The translations under genes and the position numbers were made by a program. From Candidatus Eiseniibacteriota bacterium (lineage in GTDB: Bacteria; Eisenbacteria; RBG-16-71-46): 64,000 nucleotides of DNA. The notes beneath the pieces are model-generated. The model was given only the letters and a program-made list of their open reading frames with translations, had not been told where the DNA came from and searched no databases. Location of the stretch: assembly GCA_044223005.1 (NCBI GenBank), contig JBGAML010000013.1, positions 1 through 64,000 of the forward strand, given 5' to 3'. This document shows, piece after piece, positions 36,167 through 44,936 of this stretch; position 1 is the first letter of the stretch; each line of letters opens with the position of its first letter.

Positions 36167-36978
36167 GCGCGCGCGTGGCGGTGCTGCAGTTCCCGGGCGT
36201 GAACTGCGAGGCCGAGACGGTTCGCGCGCTCGCGCACGTGGGGCTCGAGGCGGAGGTGTTCCGCTGGACGCAGGCCCCGCGCGAGCTGCTCGGTTACGAC
36301 GCGTTCGTGGTGCCGGGCGGCTTCTCGTACCAGGACCGCGTCCGCGCCGGCGCGCTCGCGGCCAAGGACCCGCTCGTCGAGGCGCTCGCGGAACGCGCGG
36401 AGACCGGCCGGCCGGTGCTCGGGATCTGCAACGGCGCGCAGGTGCTCGTGGAAGCGGGGCTGGTCCCGGGCGACGGCGCCGTGGCGCTGGCGCTTGCGCG
36501 TAACCGCATGCCCGACCGCCGCGGCTACCAGGCGCGCTGGGCGCGCTGCCGCGTCGAGGACTCGCCGTGCGTGTTCACGCGCCGGCTGGAGCCGGGCATG
36601 GTGCTGCCGCTGCCGGTCGCGCACGCGGAGGGACGCTTCACGTCGGCCGAGCCCGGGACACTCGAGACGCTCGCGACCGCGGGGCAGGTGCCGCTGCGCT
36701 ACGTCGACGCGGCGGGGCGCACGGCCGAGGTGTTCCCGGACAACCCGAACGGTTCCGAAGCGGCGGCCGCCGCCGTCTGCAACGCGCGCGGCAACGTGCT
36801 GGCGATGATGCCGCACCCCGAGCGCGTGCAGCACGTGGGCGCGATCGCCCGCGAGGTCGGCGGCGAGTGGGGCGAGCGCCGCCGCCGCGCCGCCGAGCAG
36901 GGCGGTGAGGGCCCGTGGGCCGACGCCCCCGGCATGCTGCTCTTCGCGGGCCTGCGGGCCCACCTGGAGGATGCATGA
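36163..36978 (+). CDS. purQ: FGAM synthase glutaminase subunit
   Basis: Motifs FPGVNCE, PGGFSYQD, GICNG, AHAEG, NPNGS, MMPHPER. Confidence 0.96.
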   Translation: MSARVAVLQFPGVNCEAETVRALAHVGLEAEVFRWTQAPRELLGYDAFVVPGGFSYQDRVRAGALAAKDPLVEALAERAETGRPVLGICNGAQVLVEAGLVPGDGAVALALARNRMPDRRGYQARWARCRVEDSPCVFTRRLEPGMVLPLPVAHAEGRFTSAEPGTLETLATAGQVPLRYVDAAGRTAEVFPDNPNGSEAAAAAVCNARGNVLAMMPHPERVQHVGAIAREVGGEWGERRRRAAEQGGEGPWADAPGMLLFAGLRAHLEDA

Positions 36979-37556
36979 GCCCGGTGGCGCGGACGCGCGC
37001 GCAGGTGTTCGTGGAACTGCGGGCCGAGGACCCCGAGGCGGTCAGCGCGTTCGCGGTGGCGCGCGAACGGCTCGCCGCGGGCCGCGGCCTGCGGGCGCTG
37101 CGGCGCTGGCGGGTGTTCGAGCTGACCGGCGCGCTGCCGGCCCGCGAGGAACTCGAGGCGCTGCTGCACGGCTCGATCCAGTTCTACAACCCGGCCAAGG
37201 AGCGCGTGCACGTGCGCGTGCACGAGGCGGATCCGACACCCGCGGCCGCGGGCGAGTCGCTCGTGCTCGTGCTGGAGCGCGGGGGCGAACGGCGCCCCGG
37301 CGCCGAACGCTGGTGGCGGCACGAGACCGGCGCGCGGATCGAGGTGCGCGAAGCGGTCGCGTGGGGCCTGCGGTTCGAGCCGGGAGAGGACGTGGCCGCG
37401 CGAACCGCGGAACTCGCGGTGACGCGCGACCGCGCGCACGGCCTGCTCGCCAACCCGCACGTGCAGGACGCGCGCGTCCGTACGGACGCGCCGCCACTCG
37501 ACTGGCTCTCGCGCCGCGAGGGCCGCACCCGGTCGCGAACCCGGAGGACTCCATGA
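36975..37556 (+). CDS. tandem PurS-like protein (193 aa)
   Basis: Coupled to purQ and purF. The two halves end in FYNPAKE and LLANPHVQ (PurS LxNP motif), and the first half has EDPEA (PurS DP motif). Confidence 0.65.
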   Translation: MSPVARTRAQVFVELRAEDPEAVSAFAVARERLAAGRGLRALRRWRVFELTGALPAREELEALLHGSIQFYNPAKERVHVRVHEADPTPAAAGESLVLVLERGGERRPGAERWWRHETGARIEVREAVAWGLRFEPGEDVAARTAELAVTRDRAHGLLANPHVQDARVRTDAPPLDWLSRREGRTRSRTRRTP

Positions 37557-38992
37557 GCGCGGAAGCCTGGCTTCGGGACTGGAACGAGGAGTGCGGCGTG
37601 ATGGCGGTGGTCGGAGCGCCGAACGCCGCCGAGCTCGTCGCACTGGGCCTGCACGCGCTGCAGCACCGCGGACAGGAGGCGACCGGTGTCGTGGCGTGCG
37701 GCGACGACGGCGAGTTCCGCGCCGTGCGCGGCATCGGGCTCGTCTCGGACGTCTATCGCGAGGCGAACCTCGCGCCGCTCACCGGTGCGATGGCGATCGG
37801 CCACAACCGCTATTCGACGACGGGCTCGCTCAAGCTCGAGAACACGCAGCCGCTCGCCGTCGTCTACCGCGGCGGCCCGCTGGCGCTCGCGCACAACGGC
37901 AACCTCGTCAATGCCCGCACGCTGCGGCAGGGACTCGAGGAATCGGGTTCGATCTTCCAGACGACGCTCGACACCGAGATCTTCCTGCACCTCGTGGCGC
38001 TCTCGCCCGGGGACGGGATCGAGGACGCGCTGGTCGAGGCCGCGCGCCAGGTCGAGGGTGCGTACTCGCTCGTGGTGCTCACGCGCCACGGCGTGATCGC
38101 GCTGCGCGACCCGCACGGGTTCCGGCCGCTCTGCATCGGACGGCTGGGCGACGGTTACGTGGTCGCGAGCGAGACCTGCGCGCTGGACCTCGTGGGGGCG
38201 GACTTCCTGCGTGAGGTCGAGCCCGGCGAGATGGTGACGGTGGACCCGCAGGGCCTGCGCTCGCGGCGCGCGTTGCCCGCGGCCGAGCCGCGCCAGCACT
38301 GCATCTTCGAGCACATCTACTTCTCGCGCCCCGACAGCCGCGTGTTCGGCGACACGGTCGACCGCGTGCGCCGGCGCCTCGGGCGGCGGCTCGCCGCCGA
38401 GCACCCGGCCGAGGCCGATCTCGTGACCGCGGTGCCGGACTCGAGCAACTCGATCGCGCTCGGCTTCAGCGAGGCGTCGGGCCTGCCGTACGAACTCGCG
38501 CTGATCCGCAACCACTACGTCGGGCGCACGTTCATCCAGCCGCAGCAGGCCGGCCGCGACTTCGGCGTTCGGGTGAAGTTCAACCCCGTGCGCGAGGTGC
38601 TGGATGGCAAGCGCGTCGTGGTGGTGGACGACTCGATCGTGCGCGGCACCACGAGCCGCAAGCTCGTCCGGCTGCTGCGCCGCGCGGGGGCGCGCGAGGT
38701 GCACATGCGCGTGGGCTCGCCGCCGGTGACGCACCCGTGTTTCTACGGCATCGACACGCCGAGCCGCCGCGAGCTGATCGGCGCCCTGAAGACGGTGGAG
38801 GAGATCCGCCAGTACCTCGGGGTGGATTCGCTCGGCTATCTCTCGCTCGCCGGCATGCTCGCCTGCGAGAACGACCCGCGGCAGTTCTGCCGCGCGTGCT
38901 TCACCGGCGACTACCCGGTCGCGGTCGATCCGGCGGCGGGCAAGCTCGCGCTCGAGCACCTGCGCCGCTCGCCGACCGGCGCGGGGAGCTGA
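37553..38992 (+). CDS. purF: amidophosphoribosyltransferase
   Basis: Propeptide then EECG; LQHRGQE, GHNRYSTTG, HNGNL, CIFEHIYFSRPDS, VDDSIVRGTTS; Fe-S cysteines (PCFYG, CRAC). Confidence 0.97.
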   Translation: MSAEAWLRDWNEECGVMAVVGAPNAAELVALGLHALQHRGQEATGVVACGDDGEFRAVRGIGLVSDVYREANLAPLTGAMAIGHNRYSTTGSLKLENTQPLAVVYRGGPLALAHNGNLVNARTLRQGLEESGSIFQTTLDTEIFLHLVALSPGDGIEDALVEAARQVEGAYSLVVLTRHGVIALRDPHGFRPLCIGRLGDGYVVASETCALDLVGADFLREVEPGEMVTVDPQGLRSRRALPAAEPRQHCIFEHIYFSRPDSRVFGDTVDRVRRRLGRRLAAEHPAEADLVTAVPDSSNSIALGFSEASGLPYELALIRNHYVGRTFIQPQQAGRDFGVRVKFNPVREVLDGKRVVVVDDSIVRGTTSRKLVRLLRRAGAREVHMRVGSPPVTHPCFYGIDTPSRRELIGALKTVEEIRQYLGVDSLGYLSLAGMLACENDPRQFCRACFTGDYPVAVDPAAGKLALEHLRRSPTGAGS

Positions 38993-39003
38993 GGGGCGCG
39001 AGC

Positions 39004-39513
39004 ATGACGGTACCGTCGCGGCGCCGGCTCGCCCCGGCAGGGCGGCTCGCTGTCGTGCTCGCACTCGGCGTCCTCGCCGGGCCTGCCGGCGCGGCACCCT
39101 GGGCGCGGTTCGTCACGCGGCCCATGGCGTCGGACACCACCTTCTCCGCGCTGGCCGCACGGCCGCTGGAGTCGCTCGAGCCGAGCGAACGGACCTGGTT
39201 CATGGCGCAGGCCAGCTGGCGCGTGGAGATCGAGGAAGAGGCGGCCGCTTCACCGCGAGGCGCGCGGCCGTGGCGGCACGACGAGCGGCGGACCGACGCA
39301 CGCCTCGCCTCGCGGCTCGCGCGCGACCCGCGCGAGCTCGGCGACTCCGACCTGGCGTGGATCGAAGCCGAGGCCCGCCGGCGGTGGAGCGGCCACACGT
39401 TGAGGCCGCAGCCGGAGGTGGGGGACATGAGCACGCTGTCGCTGCTCGGCGCGCTCGCGGCCATCGGCGGCTTGCTGTGGATGCTGCACACGCTCGCGGA
39501 CTCCATTCACTAG
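39004..39513 (+). CDS. hypothetical protein with signal peptide, internal repeat and C-terminal TM
   Basis: GAGGGG SD, AGA-A cleavage-like site, hydrophobic C-terminus. Confidence 0.65.
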   Translation: MTVPSRRRLAPAGRLAVVLALGVLAGPAGAAPWARFVTRPMASDTTFSALAARPLESLEPSERTWFMAQASWRVEIEEEAAASPRGARPWRHDERRTDARLASRLARDPRELGDSDLAWIEAEARRRWSGHTLRPQPEVGDMSTLSLLGALAAIGGLLWMLHTLADSIH

Positions 39514-39694
39514 CGGGAAGCGGCGTGCCGCCGTGGCGGCCCGAGGGTGCCGCAACGGGTTGGCCACGGGCGTTCACGTGGATTCCCACCGCCCGGCTCG
39601 CGTTTCGGCGCCGGCGCGATCCTCGGTTCGAGTCCGTGGGCCTGGCGGGTGTTCGCGCATCGAGTCACGGGCTTCCGGGGCGCGCCCGCCGCGG

Positions 39695-39723
39695 TTGACG
39701 CCCGCACGGGCGCTCCCTAGATT
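39695..39723 (+). promoter_or_regulatory. sigma70-type promoter TTGACG-N17-TAGATT for the lysS operon
   Basis: Hexamers with optimal spacing about 50 nt before the lysS ATG. Confidence 0.75.
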
Positions 39724-39773
39724 CGCGGTTTCGGCGCGTCCTGCGCGCCTCGGACCCCGACCGGGAAGGACCC

Positions 39774-41288
39774 ATGTCGCTCGCTCACCTGATGGAACAG
39801 CGCCGGGCCAAGATCGCCGCGTGGCGTTCGCTCGGCTGCGAACCGTATGCCTACCGCTTCGACGTCACGCACCATTCCGCCGACCTGCACGCGATGGGCG
39901 ACGCGGTGACGACCGAGTTCGGCGATCGGGTCCGGATCGCGGGCCGCATCCTGACCGTGCGCGGGCACGGCAAGGCGGCGTTCGCGCACCTCGTCGACAA
40001 GACCGGGCGCATCCAGGTCTACTTCCGGCAGGACGTCCTGGCGGAACAGTGGGCGCGGTTCGAGCTCCTCGACGTGGGCGACTGGGTCGGGCTCGAGGGC
40101 CCGGTGTTCCGTACCCGCACGGGCGAGATCACCGTGCGCGTCGACGCGGTCGAGCTGCTCGCCAAGTCCATCCGGCCGCTGCCCGAGAAGTGGCACGGCC
40201 TGAAGGATCCCGAGACGCGTTTCCGCCAGCGCTACGCGGACCTGTTCGTGAACCTCGACGTGCGTGAGACGTTCCGCCGCCGCGCGCGGCTCACGTCGGG
40301 CATCCGCGCGTTCCTCGACGCGCGCGGCTACCTCGAGGTCGAGACGCCGGTGCTGCAGCCGCTCTACGGCGGTGCGTTCGCGCGGCCGTTCGTGACGAAG
40401 CACAACGCGCTCGACGTCGATCTCTACCTGCGCATCTCCAACGAGCTCTACTTGAAGCGCCTGATCGTGGGCGGGCTCGACCGGGTCTACGAGTTCTCGC
40501 GCAACTTCCGCAACGAGGGCATGGACCGTTCGCACAATCCCGAGTTCACGCTGCTCGAGTTCTACCAGGCCTTCGCGGACATCCACGACATGATGGACCT
40601 GACCGAGGGGCTCGTCTGCGACGCGCTGATGGCGGCCTGCGGCACGCTGCAGGTGCCCTACCAGGGCCGCACGCTCGACTTCACGCCGCCGTGGCCGCGC
40701 GTCTCGATGCTCGACGCGGTGAGCGAGAAGGTCGGCGAGAGCGTGCACGCGCTGGACGAGGCGGTGCTCGCGAAGCACGTGGCGAAGCACAGCCTGCACC
40801 CGCGCGAGGGCACCGGGGCGGGCGGCATGCTCGACGAGCTCTTCTCGGCGCTGGTGCAGCCGGAGCTGCAGGACGCGGCGTTCGTGATCGATTTCCCGAT
40901 CGTGACCTCACCGCTGGCGCGCACGAGCCGCACGAACCCGGCCGTGGTCGAGCGCTTCGAGCTGTTCGCCGCGGGCATGGAGCTGGCCAACGCGTTCAGC
41001 GAGCAGAACGACCCGGACGCGCAGCGGCGGGCGTTCGAGTCCCAGCGCGCGGCCCGCGAAGGCGGTGACGAAGAGGCGCAGCCGCTCGACGAGGACTACC
41101 TGCGCGCGCTCGAATACGGCATGCCGCCCACCGGTGGCGTGGGCATCGGCATCGACCGGCTGGTGATGCTGGCCACGGATTCGCGCACGATCCGCGACGT
41201 CGTGCTGTTCCCGCAGCTGCGGCCCGAGGAGGGCCGGCCCGCGGACGACGACGCCGAGGTGCCGGAGGACGAGGCGCCGCCCGCATGA
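39774..41288 (+). CDS. lysS: lysine--tRNA ligase (class II)
   Basis: Motifs PLPEKWHGL, RQRYADL, LEVETP, ELYLKRLIVGG, FRNEG, HNPEFT, YGMPPTGG.GIGIDRL. Confidence 0.98.
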   Translation: MSLAHLMEQRRAKIAAWRSLGCEPYAYRFDVTHHSADLHAMGDAVTTEFGDRVRIAGRILTVRGHGKAAFAHLVDKTGRIQVYFRQDVLAEQWARFELLDVGDWVGLEGPVFRTRTGEITVRVDAVELLAKSIRPLPEKWHGLKDPETRFRQRYADLFVNLDVRETFRRRARLTSGIRAFLDARGYLEVETPVLQPLYGGAFARPFVTKHNALDVDLYLRISNELYLKRLIVGGLDRVYEFSRNFRNEGMDRSHNPEFTLLEFYQAFADIHDMMDLTEGLVCDALMAACGTLQVPYQGRTLDFTPPWPRVSMLDAVSEKVGESVHALDEAVLAKHVAKHSLHPREGTGAGGMLDELFSALVQPELQDAAFVIDFPIVTSPLARTSRTNPAVVERFELFAAGMELANAFSEQNDPDAQRRAFESQRAAREGGDEEAQPLDEDYLRALEYGMPPTGGVGIGIDRLVMLATDSRTIRDVVLFPQLRPEEGRPADDDAEVPEDEAPPA

Positions 41289-42523
41289 ACGTTCCGCTGT
41301 GGATCGCGGCGCGCTACCTGCGCACCCGGCCGACGAGCGGATTCATCACCTTGCTCACGGGGATCTCGATCGCCGGCGTGGCGCTCGGCGTGACCGCGCT
41401 CCTCACGGTGCTCGCCGTGATGAACGGCTTCGAGGGCGAGGTCCAGACGCGCATCGCGGGCACGGACGCGCACGTGATGCTCCTCGGCGCCGCCACCAAC
41501 GGCGTCGAACGCGGGGAGGAACTCGCGGCACTGATGGCGCGCCAGCCCGGCGTGCTCGGCGCGTCGCCGTTCACCTATGCCAAGGCGATGGCGTTCCGCG
41601 ACGGCGTCACCGAAGGGCTGGTCGTGAAGGGCGTCGACCTCGCGCGCGAGCGGGGCGTGACGAGCATCGCCGCCAACATCAAGCCTGCGCTCGATTCGAT
41701 TCCAGGCACCACGCTCTCCGGCGAGCCCGGGATCGTGCTGGGCTCGGAGATCGCCGCGCGCCTCGGCGCCCGCATCGGCGACCGCGTGCTGCTCGCGACG
41801 CTCCGCAACGACGCGAATGCGGCCTTCGGCTACGCGCCGCGGCTCAAGCCCTTTCGGCTGGTCGGCATCTTCACGTCGGGGCTCTACACGTACGACTCGA
41901 GCGTCGGCTTCACCTCGATCCCGACCTCGCAGCAGTTCTTCGAGCTCGGCGACCACGTCACCGGTGTCGCCGTGAAGCTCGCCGACATGTTCGACGCGCC
42001 CGCGGCCGCGCGCCGGCTGCTCGCGGTGGCGCACCGCGACGGGCTGCGGACGAACAACTGGATCGAGATGAACCAGAACCTGTTCACGTGGATGAAGCTC
42101 GAGAAGACCGTGATGTTCGTGATCCTCGCGCTCATCGTGCTGGTCGCGGCCTTCAACATCGTGAGCACGCTGTTCATGGTCGTGCTCGAGAAGCGGCGCG
42201 ACATCGGCGTGCTCAAGTCGATGGGCGCCGAGCCCGCGCTCGTGCTGCGCATCTTCCTGCTCGAGGGCCTGCTGATCGGCGGCCTCGGGACCCTGCTCGG
42301 GACCGTCCTCGGCGGGGCGCTGATCGCGGTGCTCCAGCGTTACCCGTTCGTACGCCTGCCGGGGGACGTGTACTTCATTGAAACGCTCCCGGTGCGTCCT
42401 GAAGCGGGGGACTTCGCCGCCGTCATTCTGGCCGCCGTTGCGCTGTGCCTTGCCGCCGCCTGGTATCCGGCGTGGCAGGCCTCCCGGCTGGACCCCGTGA
42501 CGGCGATCCGGAGGCAGGCATGA
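41285..42523 (+). CDS. lolE: lipoprotein-releasing ABC permease, LolC/E family
   Basis: Motifs IAARYL, VMNGF, VAAFNIVSTL, EKRRDIGVLKSMGA, YPAWQASRLDP. Confidence 0.9.
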   Translation: MNVPLWIAARYLRTRPTSGFITLLTGISIAGVALGVTALLTVLAVMNGFEGEVQTRIAGTDAHVMLLGAATNGVERGEELAALMARQPGVLGASPFTYAKAMAFRDGVTEGLVVKGVDLARERGVTSIAANIKPALDSIPGTTLSGEPGIVLGSEIAARLGARIGDRVLLATLRNDANAAFGYAPRLKPFRLVGIFTSGLYTYDSSVGFTSIPTSQQFFELGDHVTGVAVKLADMFDAPAAARRLLAVAHRDGLRTNNWIEMNQNLFTWMKLEKTVMFVILALIVLVAAFNIVSTLFMVVLEKRRDIGVLKSMGAEPALVLRIFLLEGLLIGGLGTLLGTVLGGALIAVLQRYPFVRLPGDVYFIETLPVRPEAGDFAAVILAAVALCLAAAWYPAWQASRLDPVTAIRRQA

Positions 42524-43254
42524 GCCCCGACCTGAACTCCACGACGCAAGGCGCTGCGGAAGAAACGCTTGAGGGTCGCGAGCCGGTGCTGCGAGCACGC
42601 GGGATTCGCAAGGTGTTCGCCGGTCCCGCGGGGCCACTCGAGATCCTCAGCGGGGTCGACCTGGAGGTCCATCGTGGCATGCTTCTGGCAATCACGGGGG
42701 CGTCCGGGGCGGGCAAGACCACGCTGCTCAACATCCTGGGGGCCCTGGAGCACGCGACTTCCGGAACGCTGGAGATCGCGGGCAAAAGGGTCGATTCCAT
42801 GGGGGAGACCGACCGCTGCCGCCTGCGGGTGGCGCGCCTGGGCTTCGTCTTCCAATTCCATCACCTGCTGCCCGAGTTCACCGCCGAGGAGAACGTCATG
42901 ATGCCGTTGCTGCTGGCGGGCCAGGAGCGTGCCGCGTCGCGCGATCGGGCGAAGGTCCTGCTCGAGAGCGTGGGGCTGGCCGAACGCCGCCTGCACCATC
43001 CGTCGGAGCTCTCGGGGGGCGAGGCGCAGCGCGTGGCCGTGGCGCGTGCGCTCGCGTGCGGGCCGGAACTCGTGCTCGCCGACGAACCCTCGGGAAACCT
43101 CGACGCCGCCACGGCTTCGGGACTTCACGACCTCCTGTCGTCGCTGGCGCGCAAGCGGCATCAAACGTTTGTGCTGGTCACCCACAATGATAGGCTCGCG
43201 GCGCTCGCGGACCGGGTGATGCGGCTCGAAGCCGGCCGGCTCGTACCGGCCTGA
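42520..43254 (+). CDS. lolD: lipoprotein-releasing ABC ATPase
   Basis: Motifs GASGAGKTT, GFVFQFHHLLPEF, LSGGEAQRVA, ADEPSGNLD, VTH. Confidence 0.93.
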   Translation: MSPDLNSTTQGAAEETLEGREPVLRARGIRKVFAGPAGPLEILSGVDLEVHRGMLLAITGASGAGKTTLLNILGALEHATSGTLEIAGKRVDSMGETDRCRLRVARLGFVFQFHHLLPEFTAEENVMMPLLLAGQERAASRDRAKVLLESVGLAERRLHHPSELSGGEAQRVAVARALACGPELVLADEPSGNLDAATASGLHDLLSSLARKRHQTFVLVTHNDRLAALADRVMRLEAGRLVPA

Positions 43255-43266
43255 GGCGAGGGGATC

Positions 43267-43803
43267 ATGCTCTGCCAGATCTGCGGCAAGAACCCGGCGA
43301 CGGTGCACTTCACGGAGATCCACGACAATCGCATGTCGGAGATCCACGTGTGCGAGCGCTGCGCCGAAGAGAAGGGCATGCACGCCTCGGCGCAGCAGCA
43401 CAAGTTCGAGATCGCCGACCTGCTCGCCGGAATGGTGGACGCGATGACGCAGACCGACGAGGAACGCGTCGGCCACGTCCAGTGCCCGCGCTGCGGCATG
43501 CTCTACTCGAATTTCAAGGAGACGGGGCGCCTGGGTTGCGCCGAGTGCTACTCGGCGTTCCAGTTCCAGCTGCGGCCGCTCCTGCGCCGCATCCACGGCG
43601 ACACGCGCCACCGCGGCAAGTCGCCCACGCGCGGCTCGGCCGGCGCGGCGCGCTCGCGGCAGATCCAGCGCCTGCACGACGACCTGCGCCGCGCGGTGGA
43701 GCGCGAGGACTTCGAGCAGGCGGCGAGCATCCGCGACCAGATCCGCGCGCTCGAAACGGAACTGCAGGCCGAACGCGCCCACACGCCGGAGGCCCGGTCG
43801 TGA
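43267..43803 (+). CDS. mcsA: McsA activator (CxxC repeats plus UVR domain)
   Basis: CQIC, CERC, CPRC, GRLGCAECY, IHG..RH.GK.P, EDFEQAASIRD. Confidence 0.95.
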   Translation: MLCQICGKNPATVHFTEIHDNRMSEIHVCERCAEEKGMHASAQQHKFEIADLLAGMVDAMTQTDEERVGHVQCPRCGMLYSNFKETGRLGCAECYSAFQFQLRPLLRRIHGDTRHRGKSPTRGSAGAARSRQIQRLHDDLRRAVEREDFEQAASIRDQIRALETELQAERAHTPEARS

Positions 43804-44897
43804 GCGCGCGGCCCCGGAACTTCGACGAGCTGTTCGCGTCGCCGAGCCCCTGGCTCGCGGGCGAGGGCCCGCACGCCGAGATGGTGCTGTCCACGCGCAT
43901 CCGGCTCGCGCGCAACCTCGCCGACGTGCCGTTCACGCACCGCGCGCGCGAGGAGCAGCTGCTCGGCGTGCTCGCCAGCGTCGCAGCGGCCGCGCAGGAT
44001 TCGCGTGCGTTCCACGACGGCCTGCTGCTGCGCATGAACGAGGTCGCGCCGGTCGACCGGCAGGTGCTCGTCGAGCGCCACCTCGTGAGCCACGAACTGG
44101 GCGACGGCGCCCGGCCGCGCGGCATCCTGATCGCGCCGGACGCGCGGCTCTCGCTCATGATCAACGAAGAGGACCATCTCCGGCTGCAGGCGCTCACGCC
44201 GGGCTTCCAGCTCGCCGAGGCCTGGGCGCTGGCCGACGCCGCGGACGACGAGCTCGATCCCGCGCTCGAGTTCGCGTTCAACGAGGAGATCGGCTACCTG
44301 ACGTCCTGCCCGACCAACGCGGGCACCGGTCTGCGGGCCTCGGTGCTCATCCACCTGCCGGCACTCGTGCTGCTCGAGGAGATCCAGCGCGTCCTCAAGA
44401 GCATCATGCAGGTGGGGCTCAACGTGCGCGGCCTCTACGGCGAGCACAGCGAGGTCATGGGCAACCTGTTCCAGATCAGCAACCAGACGACGCTGGGCCG
44501 CAGCGAGCGCGACTCGATCGAGAGCCTCGAACGCGTGACCCGGCAGATCATCGAGACGGAGGAGCGCGCGCGCGAGCGCATGATGCGGGACGCCCGCGTC
44601 CAGATCGAGGACAAGGTCTGGCGCGCGTACGGCACGCTGCGCTACTGCCGCTCCATCCACGCGCGCGAGGTGATCAACCTCTGCTCCGCGGTGCGCCTCG
44701 GCGTCGCCATGGGCCTGCCGGGCCTGTGCCCGCTGCGCGTGCTCAACGAACTCCTCGTGCTCACGCAGCCGGCTCACCTGCAGCGCGTGCGCGGGGAGGA
44801 ATTGTCGCCCGCCGATCGCAACATCGTCCGTGCCCAGTTCGTGCGCGAGCGGCTCGCCGCCGCCGAGCGCGAGACCGGGGCGAATCCCCAGGGATAA
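43800..44897 (+). CDS. mcsB: protein-arginine kinase
   Basis: Motifs STRIRLARN, LVERHLVS, MINEEDHLR, GYLTSCPTNAGTGLRASV, RGLYGE, FQISNQTTLG. Confidence 0.96.
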   Translation: MSARPRNFDELFASPSPWLAGEGPHAEMVLSTRIRLARNLADVPFTHRAREEQLLGVLASVAAAAQDSRAFHDGLLLRMNEVAPVDRQVLVERHLVSHELGDGARPRGILIAPDARLSLMINEEDHLRLQALTPGFQLAEAWALADAADDELDPALEFAFNEEIGYLTSCPTNAGTGLRASVLIHLPALVLLEEIQRVLKSIMQVGLNVRGLYGEHSEVMGNLFQISNQTTLGRSERDSIESLERVTRQIIETEERARERMMRDARVQIEDKVWRAYGTLRYCRSIHAREVINLCSAVRLGVAMGLPGLCPLRVLNELLVLTQPAHLQRVRGEELSPADRNIVRAQFVRERLAAAERETGANPQG

Positions 44898-44936
44898 GGA
44901 GGAGCCACCGGAATCCTCCCGGTGGCCAGGACCGAC

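Noticed and set aside
39621..39639. tRNA T-arm-like motif CCTCGG-TTCGAGT-CCGTGG upstream of lysS
   Set aside because: I could not build an acceptor stem, D-arm or anticodon arm, and the T-stem has a mismatch. Not called as a tRNA or attachment site; tRNAscan-SE or ARAGORN would settle it.
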